From the NCBI GenBank assembly GCA_035401985.1, contig DAONCJ010000001.1:1-37213 (forward strand): a stretch of 37,213 bases of DNA, read 5' to 3'. The position numbers and the translations under genes were made by a program. Origin of the DNA: Burkholderiaceae bacterium (lineage in GTDB: Bacteria > Pseudomonadota > Gammaproteobacteria > Burkholderiales > Burkholderiaceae_E). The notes beneath the pieces were generated by a model. That model had not been told where the DNA came from. It saw only the letters and a list, made by a program, of their open reading frames with translations, and ran no database searches. This document shows positions 27,700 to 36,608 of this stretch, in pieces; the first letter of the stretch is position 1, and every line of letters starts with the position of its first letter.

Positions 27700-29468
27700 G
27701 CGTCCTCCGTCCCGAGGTAGGCGGCGATCACGACCGGGTCGCGCTTGACGACCGCGGGCGCTCCTTCGCCGATCTTGCGGCCGTAGTCGAGCACGGTGAC
27801 CGTGTCGGACAGCTCCATCACGAAGCTCATGTTGTGCTCGACCAGCAGCACGGTCACGCCCAGGGCCTTCAGGCCGCGGATCTTGGCCATGATGTCCAGC
27901 GCCTCGCCTTCGTTCAGGCCGGCGATCGGCTCGTCAAGAAACAGCATCGTCGGATTCTGCGCCAGCGCGCGGGCCAGCTCGCACAGCTTGCGGTGGCCGT
28001 AGGGCAGATCGCCCGGCAGGCTGTCGGCCAGCCGCTCGATGTTGAAGTAGCGCAGCAGCCGCGTCGCCTCGGCGCGGTCAGCGCGCTCCTCGGAGTCGCT
28101 GACCAGCCAGTGCAGCCAGCCCGGCACGAAGCTGCGCCCGCGCTGCAGACCGAGCATCACATTCTCGGCCACGGTCAGCGTGCCGATGAGCTGAAGGTTC
28201 TGGAAAGTGCGGGTCAGGCCCAGGTTGGCCCGCCGATGGGGCTTGAGCCGCGTGATGTCGCGTCCCAGAAACCGGATGGTGCCCGAGTCGGGCTGGTACA
28301 GGCCGCTGATCACATTGATCAGCGTGCTCTTGCCCGCACCGTTCGGGCCGATCACTGCGTGCACCGTGCCGGGCATCACCTTGAGCGACACCGCGCTGAC
28401 CGCGACCACGCCCGAATACGACTTGGTGACCTCGTGCAGCTCCAGGATGGGTGCGTCAGAGGGCGAGGCCGATGCCGCGGCCGGAACAGTGGCCGATGTC
28501 GGCTGTGCGGACTTTGCCGGCACGTCGGCTGAAGACGGAACTGCCGATGACCTGCGGCGAAAGAGCCGCTGCACTGCGCCCACTGCACCGGCCGGGAAGA
28601 ACAGCATCACCACCAGCAGGATGCCGCCGAAGATGTAGAACGACACCTCGTACAGGCCCGCAGTGAGCTGATTGAGCATCACAAGGATCACTGCCCCGAG
28701 CAGCGGACCATAGGCGCTGCCAAGGCCGCCGATCACGACCGCGATCAGCAGCGCGATGCTGCGGTCCAGGCCGAACGCATCGCTGCTGACGTAGCCGGCC
28801 TGATGCGCGAAGAAGAATCCGGACAGACCGGCCGTCACCGCGCTGACGACGAAGACCAGGCTGCGCCAGCGGGCCGCATCGATGCCCACGGTGAGCGCAA
28901 AGCTCTCGCTCTCCTTGATGGCGTGGAGGCTGCGGCCGAACCGGCTGCGCATCACATAGTCGTTCATCATCTGCACGAGCAGCAGTGCGGCCGCAACGGC
29001 CCAGAAGAAGTAGGTCGCGCCATTGCCGAAGTCGCCGAAGTTCAGTTGCGGCACACCGATCAGGCCCATCGAACCGCCCGTGATGCCGACCCAGCGCTGC
29101 GACAGGATCTCGACGATGTAGCCGAAGGCGAGCGTGACCATCGCCAGGTAGTGCGTGCGGGTGCGCAGCGCCACCAGACCGATCACGCCCCCGGCCACTG
29201 CCGACAGCAGCAGGCTGACCGGCAGCGTGGCCCACAGCGGCCAGCCGTGATTGGTCGACAGCACGCCCGACCCGTACGCGCCAAGCGCCAGGAAGCCGGC
29301 CTGCCCGAGCGAGAGCTGTCCGGAAAGACCGAGCAGGATGTTCAGGCCGATGGCTCCAATGGCGACGATGGCCGCATCCTGGGCCAGATTGATGAAATAA
29401 GGGTTGGGCGAAACCAGCGGAAAGACCGCGATCGCGACGGCCGCGACCAGATAGCGCAGATGTCTCAT
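27696..29468 (-). CDS. Fused LivM-type permease / LivG-type ATPase
   Basis: N-terminal permease (GQLSLGQAGF, YLAMVTLAFG, IGGLGS), Ser/Ala/Pro linker, then GPNGAGKS, RTFQ, LPYG, LDEP, VEH, AYLG. Confidence 0.9.
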   Translation of the reverse strand: MRHLRYLVAAVAIAVFPLVSPNPYFINLAQDAAIVAIGAIGLNILLGLSGQLSLGQAGFLALGAYGSGVLSTNHGWPLWATLPVSLLLSAVAGGVIGLVALRTRTHYLAMVTLAFGYIVEILSQRWVGITGGSMGLIGVPQLNFGDFGNGATYFFWAVAAALLLVQMMNDYVMRSRFGRSLHAIKESESFALTVGIDAARWRSLVFVVSAVTAGLSGFFFAHQAGYVSSDAFGLDRSIALLIAVVIGGLGSAYGPLLGAVILVMLNQLTAGLYEVSFYIFGGILLVVMLFFPAGAVGAVQRLFRRRSSAVPSSADVPAKSAQPTSATVPAAASASPSDAPILELHEVTKSYSGVVAVSAVSLKVMPGTVHAVIGPNGAGKSTLINVISGLYQPDSGTIRFLGRDITRLKPHRRANLGLTRTFQNLQLIGTLTVAENVMLGLQRGRSFVPGWLHWLVSDSEERADRAEATRLLRYFNIERLADSLPGDLPYGHRKLCELARALAQNPTMLFLDEPIAGLNEGEALDIMAKIRGLKALGVTVLLVEHNMSFVMELSDTVTVLDYGRKIGEGAPAVVKRDPVVIAAYLGTEDA

Positions 29469-29471
29469 GGG

Positions 29472-30371
29472 TCAGCGGACGTCGGTCTTCATTTCGCCGA
29501 ACAGCCCCGACGGGCGCGCGATCAGGAACAGCAGCGCGATCAGGAACGGATACAGGTCGCCGAAGGCCGAATTGATGTAATTGGACACCGCCTCGACGAT
29601 GCCGAAGCCCAGTCCCGCGATCAGGATGCCGACCGGGTTGACGAAGCCGCCTATGCACACCACGGCGAAACCCTTCAGGATGAACAGCAGCCCCATGTGC
29701 GCCTGCACCGTGGTGAGCGGCCCGGCCAGGATGCCGCTGACGGCCGCCAGCACCGCCATGATCGCGTACGAGGTCGCCACCACCCGGCGCACATCGATGC
29801 CCAGCAGCGAGGCGGTCGCCTTGTCGAACGACACCGCCTGCACCTCCTTGCCCCAGCGCGCGCGGAACAGGAACCAGTACAGCACCGCCACGACCACCAT
29901 CGCCAGCACCGCGACGATCAGCTCTTCGAGATAGAAGCGCGCGCCCATCATCTCGACCACCTCCTTCTGCTTGGCCGAGAACAGCGGTGGCGAATAGAAG
30001 CGGCTCTTGCCCCAGACGAGCTGTGCGGTGTTCTGCAGCAGCATGCCGAACCCCATCGTGGTCAGGATCCAGGCCAGTGAACTGGCGCTGCCGGCCGTCA
30101 TGCTCGCCAGCGGCCGGATCGCCAGCCGCTCCAGGCCCACCCCGAGCACCACCAGCACCGCGACCACGATCAGCACGGCGACGATCACCGGCACGCCGGC
30201 CAGCAGCAGCGTCATCGACAGGAACGAGGCGATCATCAGGAAGTCGCCCTGGCCGAAATTCAGTGCGCGTGTCGTCAGGAAGGTGATGAGCAGGCCCTTG
30301 CCCATCAGCGTGTAGATGCTGCCCATCGCGATACCGCTGATGAGCAGCTGGACCAGATCGGCCGATTTCAT
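29472..30371 (-). CDS. livH: Branched-chain amino acid-type ABC permease (LivH-like)
   Basis: Motifs GIAMGSIY, LNFGQG, ASLLGID, KGFAVVCIGG, RPSGLFG. Confidence 0.9.
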   Translation of the reverse strand: MKSADLVQLLISGIAMGSIYTLMGKGLLITFLTTRALNFGQGDFLMIASFLSMTLLLAGVPVIVAVLIVVAVLVVLGVGLERLAIRPLASMTAGSASSLAWILTTMGFGMLLQNTAQLVWGKSRFYSPPLFSAKQKEVVEMMGARFYLEELIVAVLAMVVVAVLYWFLFRARWGKEVQAVSFDKATASLLGIDVRRVVATSYAIMAVLAAVSGILAGPLTTVQAHMGLLFILKGFAVVCIGGFVNPVGILIAGLGFGIVEAVSNYINSAFGDLYPFLIALLFLIARPSGLFGEMKTDVR

Positions 30372-30383
30372 GGGAAGGAGAAC

Positions 30384-31505
30384 TCAGCGCAGCTTGACGA
30401 CCCGCCCGCCCTTCCACACGCCCAGGAACACGTTCTCGGCGTCCAGGCACTCATGGTCCTTGGGACCGAAGGGCTTCTCGGGCGTGCCCGACACCGCCTT
30501 GAAGCCGGTGGTGGTCTCGAGCGCCTTCTGGATCTTGGCCGGATCGCCCCCGGCACGGTCCAGCGCCTGCAGCAGGATGCGCATTCCGTCGTAGCCCAGC
30601 GCAGCAACCACCGGCCAGCGGTACTTGTCGCCGAATTCCTTGCTCATCTTGGCATTGAAGGCGGCGGCCTTGGCGTCGCCCAGATCGAGCGCCTGACCCA
30701 TGACCGTGCCCTCGAGCGCCTCCTGGCCGACAATGTTGAGCACCATCTGCGAGGACAGGCCCCAGTTGCCCGCGACCACCGGCTTGTAGTTCGCCTTCGG
30801 CATCGCGCGGTACAGCAGCTCGAGGCTGTCGTGGAACATCAGCACCAGCTCGGCGCCGGAGTTCTTCAGGTTGAGCACCTGCGGCGTCATGTCGGTGACA
30901 TTGGGCGCGGCGCTCTCGACGGCGACCAGCTCCATGCCGCGCGCCTTCATACCCTTCTGGATCTCGCCGGCGGCGAACATGCCGTAGCCGCCCGTGCCAT
31001 GCAGCAGCGCGATCTTCTTGAACTTCTTCACGCCCCAATCGAGCATCGAGTCGACCTGGAACTTCTCGACCATCGAGCAGCGGAAGATGTAGCTGGGATT
31101 CTGGTCGATGAACTTGGCGGTGATGTCGGTGGCGATGGCGGGGCCGGCCATCAGCGGAATCTTCGCCTGCTGCAGCATCGGCGCAAACGCCGCCACGTTG
31201 CCGCTGTTGACCGTGCCGATCACCGCCGACACCTTGTCGTTGCTGATCAGCCGCTGCACCAGCGACACGGCGCGCTGCGGATTGGCCTCGTCGTTGTAGA
31301 CGATGAATTCGATCTTGTGCTTGGGCGAGGTGGCGTTGTATTCCTTCAGCGCCAGCTGGTTGCCCTGCAGATAGGACTCGCCGAAGTCGACGATGGCGGG
31401 CGGCCCGCTCAAACCCTGCACCGCGCCGATCTTGATGTTTTCGGCGTGGGCCGCGAAGGCCGCCAGCATGCTCGCGGCGATGAGTCCGATTCGATGAAGT
31501 TTCAT
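30384..31505 (-). CDS. Liv-type (PBP1) ABC substrate-binding protein
   Basis: Start MKLHRIGLIAASMLAAFAAHA (signal peptide) after CAGGAG. Motifs IKIG, YNDEANP, YIFR, GYD. Confidence 0.9.
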   Translation of the reverse strand: MKLHRIGLIAASMLAAFAAHAENIKIGAVQGLSGPPAIVDFGESYLQGNQLALKEYNATSPKHKIEFIVYNDEANPQRAVSLVQRLISNDKVSAVIGTVNSGNVAAFAPMLQQAKIPLMAGPAIATDITAKFIDQNPSYIFRCSMVEKFQVDSMLDWGVKKFKKIALLHGTGGYGMFAAGEIQKGMKARGMELVAVESAAPNVTDMTPQVLNLKNSGAELVLMFHDSLELLYRAMPKANYKPVVAGNWGLSSQMVLNIVGQEALEGTVMGQALDLGDAKAAAFNAKMSKEFGDKYRWPVVAALGYDGMRILLQALDRAGGDPAKIQKALETTTGFKAVSGTPEKPFGPKDHECLDAENVFLGVWKGGRVVKLR

Positions 31506-31649
31506 GCCTGTCTCCTGCCGATCGTTTGAATGGTTTGTTGGCGCCGCGCGCGCACTGCGGCTGGGCACACAGGCCGTGCGCCGGTGAATCACGTTAAGCG
31601 ATGGTCACGACACCGTCGAGGCGGCAGCGCCGGTTTCCGACATGGGCGC

Positions 31650-32444
31650 TCAGCTTCCCTTGAACCGCGCGTCACGGCGCTCACGGAACGCCGTCGTGCC
31701 CTCGGCGAGGTCGTCGGTCATCCCGACATCGTGGAACGAACGCGACTCCAGGCGCAGCGCCTCGTCCATGTGCATACCGACCGTGCGCTTGACGACTTCC
31801 TTGGCGAACCTGTGCGAGAGCGGCGAGCGCGAGGCGAGCATCTGTGCATACTTCATCGACACATCGAGCAGCTGGTGCTGCGCCACGATGCGGTTGACCA
31901 GTCCGATCCGGTAAGCATGGTCGGCGTCGACCCGCTCGCCCGACAGGATGATCTCCATCGCGTGCCCCAGGCCGACGACCTGGGGCAGGCGGATCAGACC
32001 GCCGTCGCAGGCATGGAACCCCCACTTGGCATCCTGCAGTGCAAACTCGGCATTGGGAGAACAGAACCGCAGGTCGCACGCCAGCGCCAGCTCGAAGCCG
32101 CCGGAAATGGCGAAGCCGTTCACCGCCGCCAGGATCGGCTTGAAGATATCGAGGTTGCGCGTGATGCCGCCAAAACCGGGGCCGTTGGTGAACCGCGACC
32201 GGAACTCGGGCGCCGGGCGCCGGGCGAAATCCATCGTGTAGGTCTTCAGGTCCGCGCCGGCACAAAAGGACTTCGGCCCGCTGCCGGTGATCACCGCCAC
32301 ATACGCCTCATCATCGGCATCGAACTCACGCCAGACCTCGACCAGACGATCGTTTGCGGCGAAATCGAGCGAGTTCATCTTGTCCGCCCGATCGATGGTG
32401 ATCAGACGGACGCGGCCATGCTTTTCGTATCGGATATCGCTCAT
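31650..32444 (-). CDS. Enoyl-CoA hydratase/isomerase (crotonase) family
   Basis: Motifs FCAGADL, KPILAAVNG, GGFELALACD, IGLVNRIV, AFRERR. Confidence 0.92.
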   Translation of the reverse strand: MSDIRYEKHGRVRLITIDRADKMNSLDFAANDRLVEVWREFDADDEAYVAVITGSGPKSFCAGADLKTYTMDFARRPAPEFRSRFTNGPGFGGITRNLDIFKPILAAVNGFAISGGFELALACDLRFCSPNAEFALQDAKWGFHACDGGLIRLPQVVGLGHAMEIILSGERVDADHAYRIGLVNRIVAQHQLLDVSMKYAQMLASRSPLSHRFAKEVVKRTVGMHMDEALRLESRSFHDVGMTDDLAEGTTAFRERRDARFKGS

Positions 32445-32788
32445 GCCTGTTCGCTCACCATAAAAAGTGTATCCGCACGCTCGGCGCGAATCGCATGGAC
32501 CCGCGACCCGATCTCCGGCCGTCTCGAGTCGGCCGCCAGCCGACCAGTCACCCGCAGGCCGGCGTCCAGGTCGACCACCACGACGTCATAGGGGGCCTGG
32601 TCGCGAAACTGGGTCGGCGCACGGCGGATCGTCGTGAAGCTGACCACCCGGCCGACGCCCGCGACAGGCTCGGGGCGAAGATCGGACGACAGGCAGCCTG
32701 CGCACACACTGCGCATGGAAGTGTCGATGCGCCCGCAACGCGCGCATCGGACCATCGGCAGCGATGGGAAAACGAGCGTCTCGCTCAT
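32441..32788 (-). CDS. Zn-ribbon/OB-fold protein (DUF35/ChsH2-like thiolase partner)
   Basis: Start MSETL at 32788. CARCG...CAGC Zn ribbon, then G.VVSFT.I, PY.V.VVDLD.GLRV, IGSRV. Confidence 0.87.
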   Translation of the reverse strand: MSETLVFPSLPMVRCARCGRIDTSMRSVCAGCLSSDLRPEPVAGVGRVVSFTTIRRAPTQFRDQAPYDVVVVDLDAGLRVTGRLAADSRRPEIGSRVHAIRAERADTLFMVSEQA

Positions 32789-32843
32789 CGGAGTCTCTCT
32801 TGAAGAAAGGTGCATGGCATCGGCCCGCCCGGGCAGTCGCCGA

Positions 32844-34004
32844 TCATGAAGCGGCACGCAGCAGACTGACAGTGCAGGCCACGCCGGTGCCGCCGAGATT
32901 GTGCGTCATGCCGATGCGTGCATCGGGCACCTGATTGGGATGGGTCCCGCGCAACTGCTGAACCACCTCGTACAGCTGGCCCAGGCCGGTGGCGCCGACC
33001 GGATGCCCCTTGGCCAGCAGACCGCCGCTCGGATTGATGGCGACATCGCCATCCACCGCAGTGCGGCCCTCGGCCGCCCATGCGGCACCCTGGCCACGCG
33101 GGATCAGCCCCAGGTCTTCGCTGTCGATGACTTCCGCGATCGAGAAGCAGTCGTGCAACTCGACGACATCGACGTCGGCGGCGGCCACGCCGGCGGCCTG
33201 GAACGCCCGCTGCGCCGCCGACACCGTTGCGTCGAACGAGCACAGGTCCGGATGCCCGGCGATGCGCGAGGCGCCTCGCGTCTGGATCGCGGCCAGGATA
33301 TCCACCGGCACACCGGTCACCTCGCGCAGCATCGAGCGGGCGACCAGCACCACCGCGGCAGCACCATCACTGGTCGGGCAGCAGTCGTAGAGCTGCAGTG
33401 GATCGCAGATGGTGGCCGACGAATCGATCTGTTCATCGGTCAGTTCGGCCCCCATCTGGGCCAGCGGATTGAGCAGACCGTTGCGCTTGTTCTTGCGCAC
33501 CACCGCCGACACCTGCGCGCGGGTCGTGCCATAGCGCTGGGCGTGAACGCGCCAGGCCAGTCCGAACAGTCCCGGAAAGGTGAGGCCGCTGGGGCCGTCA
33601 TGTTCGTTGTCCATCGCGCAGTTCAGCGCCGCCGTGCTCTGCGCCGTGGTGGCATGGGTCATCGTCTCGGCTCCCACCGCGATCGCCGCATCGCACTGAC
33701 CGCTGGCAATCGCCATCCAGGCATGGCGGAATGCGATGCCACCCGAGGCGCAGGCGCCTTCCACCTTGGTGCACGGGATATTGGGCAGGCCGAGCTGGTC
33801 GGCGACGATGCCCGCCAGCACTTCCTTGCCATTGAGCGGGCCGCTGATGAAGTTCCCCAGATAAAGCGCGCCGATCCGCTCGCGGTCCACGCCGGCATCG
33901 ACGATGGCTTGTGCCGCCGCACTGACGGCGAGCTGCTCGATGGGAGTCCCGGCATGGCGACCGAACGGCGTCGAGCCGATCCCCACGATAACCACTTCAC
34001 GCAT
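32844..34004 (-). CDS. SCP2-type (lipid-transfer-protein/archaeal-type) thiolase
   Basis: Start MREVVIVG at 34004. Motifs VEGACASG, DCCPTSDGAAA, ELHDCF, NPSGGLLAKGHPVGATG, HNLGG. Confidence 0.92.
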   Translation of the reverse strand: MREVVIVGIGSTPFGRHAGTPIEQLAVSAAAQAIVDAGVDRERIGALYLGNFISGPLNGKEVLAGIVADQLGLPNIPCTKVEGACASGGIAFRHAWMAIASGQCDAAIAVGAETMTHATTAQSTAALNCAMDNEHDGPSGLTFPGLFGLAWRVHAQRYGTTRAQVSAVVRKNKRNGLLNPLAQMGAELTDEQIDSSATICDPLQLYDCCPTSDGAAAVVLVARSMLREVTGVPVDILAAIQTRGASRIAGHPDLCSFDATVSAAQRAFQAAGVAAADVDVVELHDCFSIAEVIDSEDLGLIPRGQGAAWAAEGRTAVDGDVAINPSGGLLAKGHPVGATGLGQLYEVVQQLRGTHPNQVPDARIGMTHNLGGTGVACTVSLLRAAS

Positions 34005-35529
34005 GATTCGTCTCCTGTTGCAGGGTCTGGCGAAGGCTCGTCTTGAGCACCTTGCCGTAATTGTTCTTGGGCAGCGCGTCGACGAAGCGGTAGCCCTTGG
34101 GCCGCTTGAAGCGGGCGATATTGTCCAGGCAGAGCTCATCGAGCTCGCCGCCGGCCACGGTCATGCCCGGACGTGTGACGATGAAGGCCAGCACCTCCTC
34201 GCCCCAGTCGGGATGCGCACGGCCGACGACCGAGCATTCGAGCACAGCCGGATGGCGCAGCAGCACTTCCTCGATCTCGCGCGGATAGATGTTCGAGCCG
34301 CCGCTGATGATCATGTCCTTGGACCGGTCGCGCAGCGTCAGGCAGCCGCCTTCGTCCATCGACCCGACATCGCCGGTCCACAGCCAGCCATCGCGCAGGG
34401 CACTGGCGCTGGCCGACGGATTGTTCCAGTAGCCCGCCATCACGCAGTCGCTGCGGGTGATGACCTCACCGACGTCACCGCATGGAAGATCGCGGCCCTC
34501 GGCGTCGACCACCCTCACTTCGACACCCGTGCGCGCCGTGCCGCAGGAGCCGAGCCGCGCGAGGTGCGCCGGACCGCCGTCGCCCTCGTGTTCGTGACGC
34601 GACAGGCCGGTGATCGTCATCGGGCTCTCACCCTGCCCGAACAGCTGATACAGGCGCGGCCCGAAGCGCTCGAGCGCCTTCACCAGGTCGCTGACGTACA
34701 TCGGCCCGCCGCCGTAATAGAGCGTGCGCAGGCCGCCGCCATCGGCCGGCCCCGCCCCGGTCTGGACCAGGCGCGTGATCATCGTCGGCGCGGCGAACAT
34801 CGTCACGTTGCGATGGCGCGCGAAGGCGGCCAGCACATCATCCGGCTCGAAGCCGGGCAGAACGACCTGGTGGCCGCCGGCGAACAGGTGGGGCAGCGCG
34901 TACAGCCCCGAGCCATGGGACAACGGCGCGGCGTGCAGCTTGACGTCGCCCGGCTCGACCCGTTCGATGTCCGCGTAGTAGGCCATCGACATGAACATCA
35001 GGTTGCGGTGCGAGAGCATCGCGCCCTTGGGCCGGCCGGTCGTGCCGCTGGTGTAGAACAGCCATGCGATGTCGGTCGCGGCGACATCGGCGCAGTCGAT
35101 CAGCGCACCGGATGCCAGCGCCTCGTACGACGCGCTGCCCGCCACGCTCACGAAGGGCGCGGCTGTCCCGCCCGTCAGTTCGCCGAGCAGCGGCTCGATC
35201 AGCGCATCGGTGGTGAAGAGCGCCCGCGCACCGCTGTCCGAGACGATGTGCCCGACTTCCTTCGGGTGCAGCTTGGCATTGACCGGCACCGCGCACAGCC
35301 CCGCGGTCCAGCAGCCGAACAGCACCTCGAGAAATTCGCTGCGGTTCTCCATCAGGATGACCACCCGATCGCCTCGCACCAGCTCCGCCGTCGAGCGCAT
35401 CGACCGCGCAAGGCTGCGGACCCGCTCGCCGAATCGGCCGTAGTTCAGCGTTCCTGCGCCGAACGTGACCGCCGGCGCCAGCGGCTGGCTGCGGATCCGG
35501 TTGAAAAGACTTTGCGCAATGTTGGCCAT
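33997..35529 (-). CDS. AMP-dependent acyl-CoA ligase (paralog of 25419-26948)
   Basis: Start MANIAQ at 35529. Motifs FYTSGTTGRPKG, FGQGE, WTGD, DRSKDMIISGGSNIYPREIE, LPKNNYGK. Confidence 0.93.
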   Translation of the reverse strand: MANIAQSLFNRIRSQPLAPAVTFGAGTLNYGRFGERVRSLARSMRSTAELVRGDRVVILMENRSEFLEVLFGCWTAGLCAVPVNAKLHPKEVGHIVSDSGARALFTTDALIEPLLGELTGGTAAPFVSVAGSASYEALASGALIDCADVAATDIAWLFYTSGTTGRPKGAMLSHRNLMFMSMAYYADIERVEPGDVKLHAAPLSHGSGLYALPHLFAGGHQVVLPGFEPDDVLAAFARHRNVTMFAAPTMITRLVQTGAGPADGGGLRTLYYGGGPMYVSDLVKALERFGPRLYQLFGQGESPMTITGLSRHEHEGDGGPAHLARLGSCGTARTGVEVRVVDAEGRDLPCGDVGEVITRSDCVMAGYWNNPSASASALRDGWLWTGDVGSMDEGGCLTLRDRSKDMIISGGSNIYPREIEEVLLRHPAVLECSVVGRAHPDWGEEVLAFIVTRPGMTVAGGELDELCLDNIARFKRPKGYRFVDALPKNNYGKVLKTSLRQTLQQETNHA

Positions 35530-35814
35530 GATGCGAGGTCGTCGAGGTGGAGGGCTCGGGGATGCGCCGACGGCGTGAACGCTGCGTGGACACGGCCCAA
35601 AGGGGCATCGACACGTCGACGCCCGCCGCCATTCTGCTGGCGAAGGCACGCGCTGCGCCCGGCCTGCGCGCCATTACGGAACACCGGAGCACCGGCCCGG
35701 TCACCGGGCAGGCACAATGAACCGCACCGCGGCGCTGCCCCGGAGCCGCCTCGCGCGCGGCAGCCAACCCCGGGCGGACGCAGCGGATCAGCGGCCACCC
35801 TGCCAGGAGATCCC

Positions 35815-36600
35815 ATGAACACGACTGAACCGGCACTGGACGAACTGCAGGTCGAGCAGCGCGGCCATGCGCTGTGGCTGACGATCAACCGGCCCGCCCG
35901 GCGCAACGCGATGTCGGCCGAGGTCCTGTCCGGCATCGAGCGGGGCCTCGATCGTGCCCAGGCCGACGACGTGATCCGTGCCGTGGTGATCACCGGCGCC
36001 GGCGACAAGGCGTTCTGCTCGGGCGCCGATCTGTCGAAGGGCTCGACCTCGTTCCAGCCCGACATGTCGCGGCCGCACCTGGGCTACGCCAACCTGCTGC
36101 GCCGCGCGTGGACCTGCACCGTGCCGATGATCGCCCGTGTCAATGGCCACTGCCTGGCGGGCGGCATGGGCCTGTTCGGCATGGCGGTGGCCGCCGATCA
36201 CGCCAGCTTCGGGCTGCCCGAAGTGAAGATCGGCCTGTTCCCCGCGCAGGTGCTGTCGGTGCTGCATCACATGATCGGCCCGCGTCTGCTGGCCGAGCTG
36301 TGCATGACCGGTGAGCCGATCGATGCCCATCAGGCCGGGCGCATCGGGCTGGTCAACCACGTGGTGCCGATGGCCGAGCTCGATGCGAAGACCGAGTGGC
36401 TGGTCGCGCGGGTGGTCGACAAGTCGCCCACCGCCAACCGGCGCGGCAAGGCGATGATGCGCGCCGCCTTCGACATGAGCTTCGAGCAGGCGATCTCGTT
36501 CTTCGAGTCGCAGATCATGTCGCTGCCGCTGACCGAGGACGCCCGGGAGGGCCGCGCGGCCTTCATCGAGAAGCGCCCGCCGAGGTGGACCGGACGGTAG
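35815..36600 (+). CDS. Enoyl-CoA hydratase/isomerase (crotonase) family, with apparent short in-frame deletion
   Basis: CAGGAG RBS then ATG at 35815. Motifs INRPARRNAM, FCSGADL, PMIARVNG, FGLPEVKIG, EDAREG..AFIEKR.P.W.GR. Confidence 0.9.
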   Translation: MNTTEPALDELQVEQRGHALWLTINRPARRNAMSAEVLSGIERGLDRAQADDVIRAVVITGAGDKAFCSGADLSKGSTSFQPDMSRPHLGYANLLRRAWTCTVPMIARVNGHCLAGGMGLFGMAVAADHASFGLPEVKIGLFPAQVLSVLHHMIGPRLLAELCMTGEPIDAHQAGRIGLVNHVVPMAELDAKTEWLVARVVDKSPTANRRGKAMMRAAFDMSFEQAISFFESQIMSLPLTEDAREGRAAFIEKRPPRWTGR

Positions 36601-36608
36601 GCGCTGGC

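Noticed and set aside
847-30450. Many long overlapping ORFs (e.g. 847-2376+, 5402-6979+, 7036-8547+, 12455-14413+, 22521-24362+, 28456-30450-)
   Set aside because: Arg/Ala/Pro-rich, motif-free shadow frames, expected in high-GC DNA opposite or overlapping well-supported genes.
35644-35660. Possible sigma-54 promoter (GGCAC-N7-GC) in the divergent ligase/crotonase spacer
   Set aside because: Lacks the TGG and TTGC consensus bases, and such matches are common in GC-rich DNA.
33904-35814. 898-aa plus-strand ORF 33904-36600 suggesting a large fusion protein
   Set aside because: Only the last 261 aa (from ATG 35815, with RBS) look like a real protein. The rest is the antisense shadow of the CoA ligase.
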